From positions 2,208,001-2,272,000 of the forward strand of contig OZ246001.1 in NCBI GenBank assembly GCA_965230295.1: a stretch of 64,000 bases of DNA, in the 5' to 3' direction. The notes beneath the pieces are model-generated. The model ran no database searches. It saw nothing but the letters and a program-made list of their open reading frames with translations, and had not been told where the DNA came from. Made by a program: the position numbers and the translations under genes. Source of the DNA: Marinicella sp. (GTDB lineage Bacteria; Pseudomonadota; Gammaproteobacteria; Xanthomonadales; Marinicellaceae). This document shows positions 61,437-64,000 of this stretch, in pieces. How positions within the stretch are numbered: position 1 is the stretch's first letter; every line of letters starts with the position of its first letter.

Positions 61437-61519
61437 TCAAAGGCGCGTCAGTCATCCCGAGTGCAGCCGAAGGTTACTGTTCATAGCCAGTACGACGGCA
61501 AGAAGATATGTTTTGCAAA

Positions 61520-61573
61520 GGCTTCGACTCCGCTCAACCAACGAATCCGTTCACTGAGCGGAGTCGAAGTGAA
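61520..61573. repeat. REP-like inverted repeat element, copy 2
   Basis: GGCTTCGACTCCGCTCAACC (61520) ... CCGTTCACTGAGCGGAGTCGAAGTGAA (61547). Confidence 0.85.
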
Positions 61574-61605
61574 GCTGTTAGAAAAAGTATGACAAAAAAC
61601 CAGTT

Positions 61606-62619
61606 TCAATAGTCCCCATACTTGGCTTTATAAATCTTCAACGGTAAGGGAAAGTCCTGTTCGGTGATGAACGCTGCCCGCAGTTCTGGAGACAGGTGGC
61701 CATTGATGGTGTCGAACAGTTTAAACATGTCGGTTTCTTCACTGTGCAGCAGCTTGTATTTATCAGCCTGGTCCTCATCGATGTAAGCATGGGCTTCCAA
61801 ATAATTGATAAAGGCTTCGGCAGCGGAGGTAAAGGGCACCACCAACAAGCCATAGGATTCTTCATAAAAGTGTTCTGAATCGATGTCATTGGCTTTGCGA
61901 TAATGCTCCAGTGCCGCATCTTGCCAATGGTATAAGTCATCTTCCTTTAGTTGGATAAAAGCTTCTCTGAGGTTTTTGTCATTGGTTTTGAAGCTGGCTT
62001 CATCATTGGTACCCATGAATTCTTCGAAACTGATGCCACCTTTTCGGGTTCGCCATGCCATGTCTTTTTTATACGCGGCTTCGAAAAAAGCCCTGAAGTT
62101 TTCTTCATTGATGGCGACAAATTCTTTGTCAGATTGGTTTTTCAGTTCGGTGATTTGTTGAAATATATCATTGACAGTGAGTGATGGGTCCATGATTTTC
62201 TGGCAGTCTTCAGGTGCATCAATGGCTGCGCCCATGGGCGCATTGGACACGGTGTATTCAGTGCCGTCAACTTCATTCAATACAATGTCCACCCACGCAC
62301 CGGCAATGGGGTGTTGGTAGACCACAGCACATATGGGCCCTTGGTGCATGGACACCAGTTGTGTGCCTTCCATCTCTCTGATCAGGTAGGCATCACCCGC
62401 CACAAAACCCAGTGATTTCAGTTCATCAATGTACTGTTGTGGCTGTTTGTTTTGGATCCATTCAGGGTTGATGTCTTTATTCAAATGAATGATCAATGGC
62501 TCAGGATTGGTATTGGCATGCAAGAATTTGCCAAACTTGATGCGGATGAACAGATAAAACAGGATGATGAGGACTAAAATGGCCACCACAATGCCGCCTA
62601 TGATTTGCAAAAATAACAT
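61606..62619 (-). CDS. Hypothetical protein with N-terminal membrane anchor
   Basis: ~337 aa ORF, single N-terminal TM helix, acidic soluble domain; start 62619 or 62631. Confidence 0.75.
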   Translation of the reverse strand: MLFLQIIGGIVVAILVLIILFYLFIRIKFGKFLHANTNPEPLIIHLNKDINPEWIQNKQPQQYIDELKSLGFVAGDAYLIREMEGTQLVSMHQGPICAVVYQHPIAGAWVDIVLNEVDGTEYTVSNAPMGAAIDAPEDCQKIMDPSLTVNDIFQQITELKNQSDKEFVAINEENFRAFFEAAYKKDMAWRTRKGGISFEEFMGTNDEASFKTNDKNLREAFIQLKEDDLYHWQDAALEHYRKANDIDSEHFYEESYGLLVVPFTSAAEAFINYLEAHAYIDEDQADKYKLLHSEETDMFKLFDTINGHLSPELRAAFITEQDFPLPLKIYKAKYGDY

Positions 62620-62736
62620 CTCGAGCTCCAATATGGGTTCACAAATAATTTGATGCGCTTGAGGTCATTATAAAGCAAGTTAAGACAGTCGATCGATGAC
62701 TGTCATCGATATCAACGCCAAAACAATGGCAGAATT

Positions 62737-63402
62737 TCAGTTCAATGGCAAATGTCCAGTTTTAACCCAGATGATGGTTTCCTGATCAACAAAGGGATGG
62801 TGATTACTGAGGTGGGGGCTGCGTATCCAGGTGCCTTTGGGGTAGCTGCCGTATTCGTCTTTGAAGGTGCCTGAGAGCACGAATATTTCTTCACCACCAA
62901 AGTGCGAGTGTGGTTGAAACAATTCTCCGGCTGGCCATTTAACCAAAGCCGTGTTTTCGGTGCCGTGGTTATGTAGTGGCATGACCTCAAGCCCCCCAAT
63001 CCCAGGTTGCCAATGGGTCTTTAGGGTGTTGATGCGAATTGGTTGTTGATCAGTGGATTGAAATTGACAGAGCTTGACCAGCAGCACACAACCGTGCTTG
63101 CTGTAAGGCGCGTGTGATGTGCCATCAGGGTTTCTCAGATAAGTGCCCGTTGGGTAATCGCCATGTTCATCAGAAAAGACGCCATCAAGCACCAAAATTT
63201 CTTCACCTTTGGGGTGGCGATGGGTTTTAAACATGGCGCCAGGTTCGTATTTCACCACACTGGTGGCATGGCCATGTTCAGCACCAGCACGAGCCAGGCG
63301 CTTTCTGAACACCGAGGGTGATGGACTGGCTGACCAGTCCATCTTTTCAGTCTCAATCACCACCCTTTGGGTGAAGTCCATGTTGAGGTTTGTTTCATTC
63401 AT
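62737..63402 (-). CDS. ChrR-like double cupin protein
   Basis: WSASPSPSVFRKRL, HPKGEEILVLDGVFSDE and HFGGEEIFVLSGTFKDE duplicated cupins; start ATG 63402. Confidence 0.92.
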   Translation of the reverse strand: MNETNLNMDFTQRVVIETEKMDWSASPSPSVFRKRLARAGAEHGHATSVVKYEPGAMFKTHRHPKGEEILVLDGVFSDEHGDYPTGTYLRNPDGTSHAPYSKHGCVLLVKLCQFQSTDQQPIRINTLKTHWQPGIGGLEVMPLHNHGTENTALVKWPAGELFQPHSHFGGEEIFVLSGTFKDEYGSYPKGTWIRSPHLSNHHPFVDQETIIWVKTGHLPLN

Positions 63403-63416
63403 CAAATATCTCGCGT

Positions 63417-64000
63417 TCAATTCCTGCCAGCCATGACACCGCCATCGACGTCCCATATGGCGCCGGTGACCCAATCGGCCTGGTCGGACAATAAAAATGT
63501 GATGGTTTGGGCCACGTCATTGGGTGTACCAATTCTACCAATGGGATGGAATGAATCAAAGCCTGACAAGGTCTCATCGACTTGATCAGCATCGATGAAG
63601 GCCTCGTAAATCGGGGTTTTGACCACGGCCGGGGCCACGGCGTTGACACGAATGTGATCGCTGCCCAGCTCCATCGCTAAATGCTGGGTCAAGGCATGCA
63701 GTCCGGCCTTGGCCATCGAATAAGCGGATGATGGGGTGGCCTTGATGGCTTGTTTGGCCCACATCGAACCGATGTTCACAATGCTGCCATGTTGTTGCTG
63801 TTGCATGTTTTTTACCACCGCTTGGGTGATCAGAAAGGTGGCCCTGTTGAGCCCTGCATAGCGGTCGTATTCGGCACCCGTATGATCGATAAAGGCATTG
63901 GGGCTGAAAGTACCAGCGGCATTCACCAGGTAGTTATATTGGTGTTCGGACAGTTGTGCCACAAAGGCATCAACAGCTTGGGCTTCTAACAGGTTAACAG
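63417..64000 (-). CDS. SDR family oxidoreductase (5' end outside window)
   Basis: LVNAAG, IVNIGS, YSMAK catalytic motif, [18 protein letters not shown]. Confidence 0.93.
   Translation of the reverse strand, partial: VNLLEAQAVDAFVAQLSEHQYNYLVNAAGTFSPNAFIDHTGAEYDRYAGLNRATFLITQAVVKNMQQQQHGSIVNIGSMWAKQAIKATPSSAYSMAKAGLHALTQHLAMELGSDHIRVNAVAPAVVKTPIYEAFIDADQVDETLSGFDSFHPIGRIGTPNDVAQTITFLLSDQADWVTGAIWDVDGGVMAGRN

Noticed and set aside
59983-61573. CRISPR array or IS ends
   Set aside because: Only two inverted-arm units with irregular spacing; no cas or transposase gene

Overview
64 kb of chromosome from a marine-type Gammaproteobacterium. Gene order and codon style suggest a Xanthomonadales-related, Marinicella-like lineage, which is an inference. 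Most of the window is core genome: tRNA-fMet-rimP-nusA-infB-rbfA-truB-rpsO-pnp; yciO-scpA-scpB-rluB; tdk-fmt-rsmB-DUF4390-NtrY-like kinase; cutA-dsbD-aroQ-accB-accC-prmA-DUF3426-fis-purH-purD. The most notable accessory locus is a tightly coupled 5-gene minus-strand operon (30776-35556). It encodes an OmpR-type regulator, a coiled-coil protein, a trans-envelope protein (cytoplasmic longin/roadblock-like domain, TM helix, BON-like and OmpA-like domains), a Rab/Ras-like small GTPase and a soluble hybrid histidine kinase. This looks like an envelope-to-small-GTPase-to-two-component signalling system. Other items of note are a Fur-boxed ApbE/porin/FMN-binding/PepSY-TM flavinylation locus, an initiator tRNA with a paired U1:A72, a class-I-phosphodiesterase-like HD protein, DsbD with a duplicated alpha domain, an AT-rich Lrp islet, REP-like hairpins flanking a DUF819 gene, and several large uncharacterised secreted proteins. 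No integrase, transposase, rRNA or CRISPR array was seen. All calls come from motif recognition by eye; no database searches were run.
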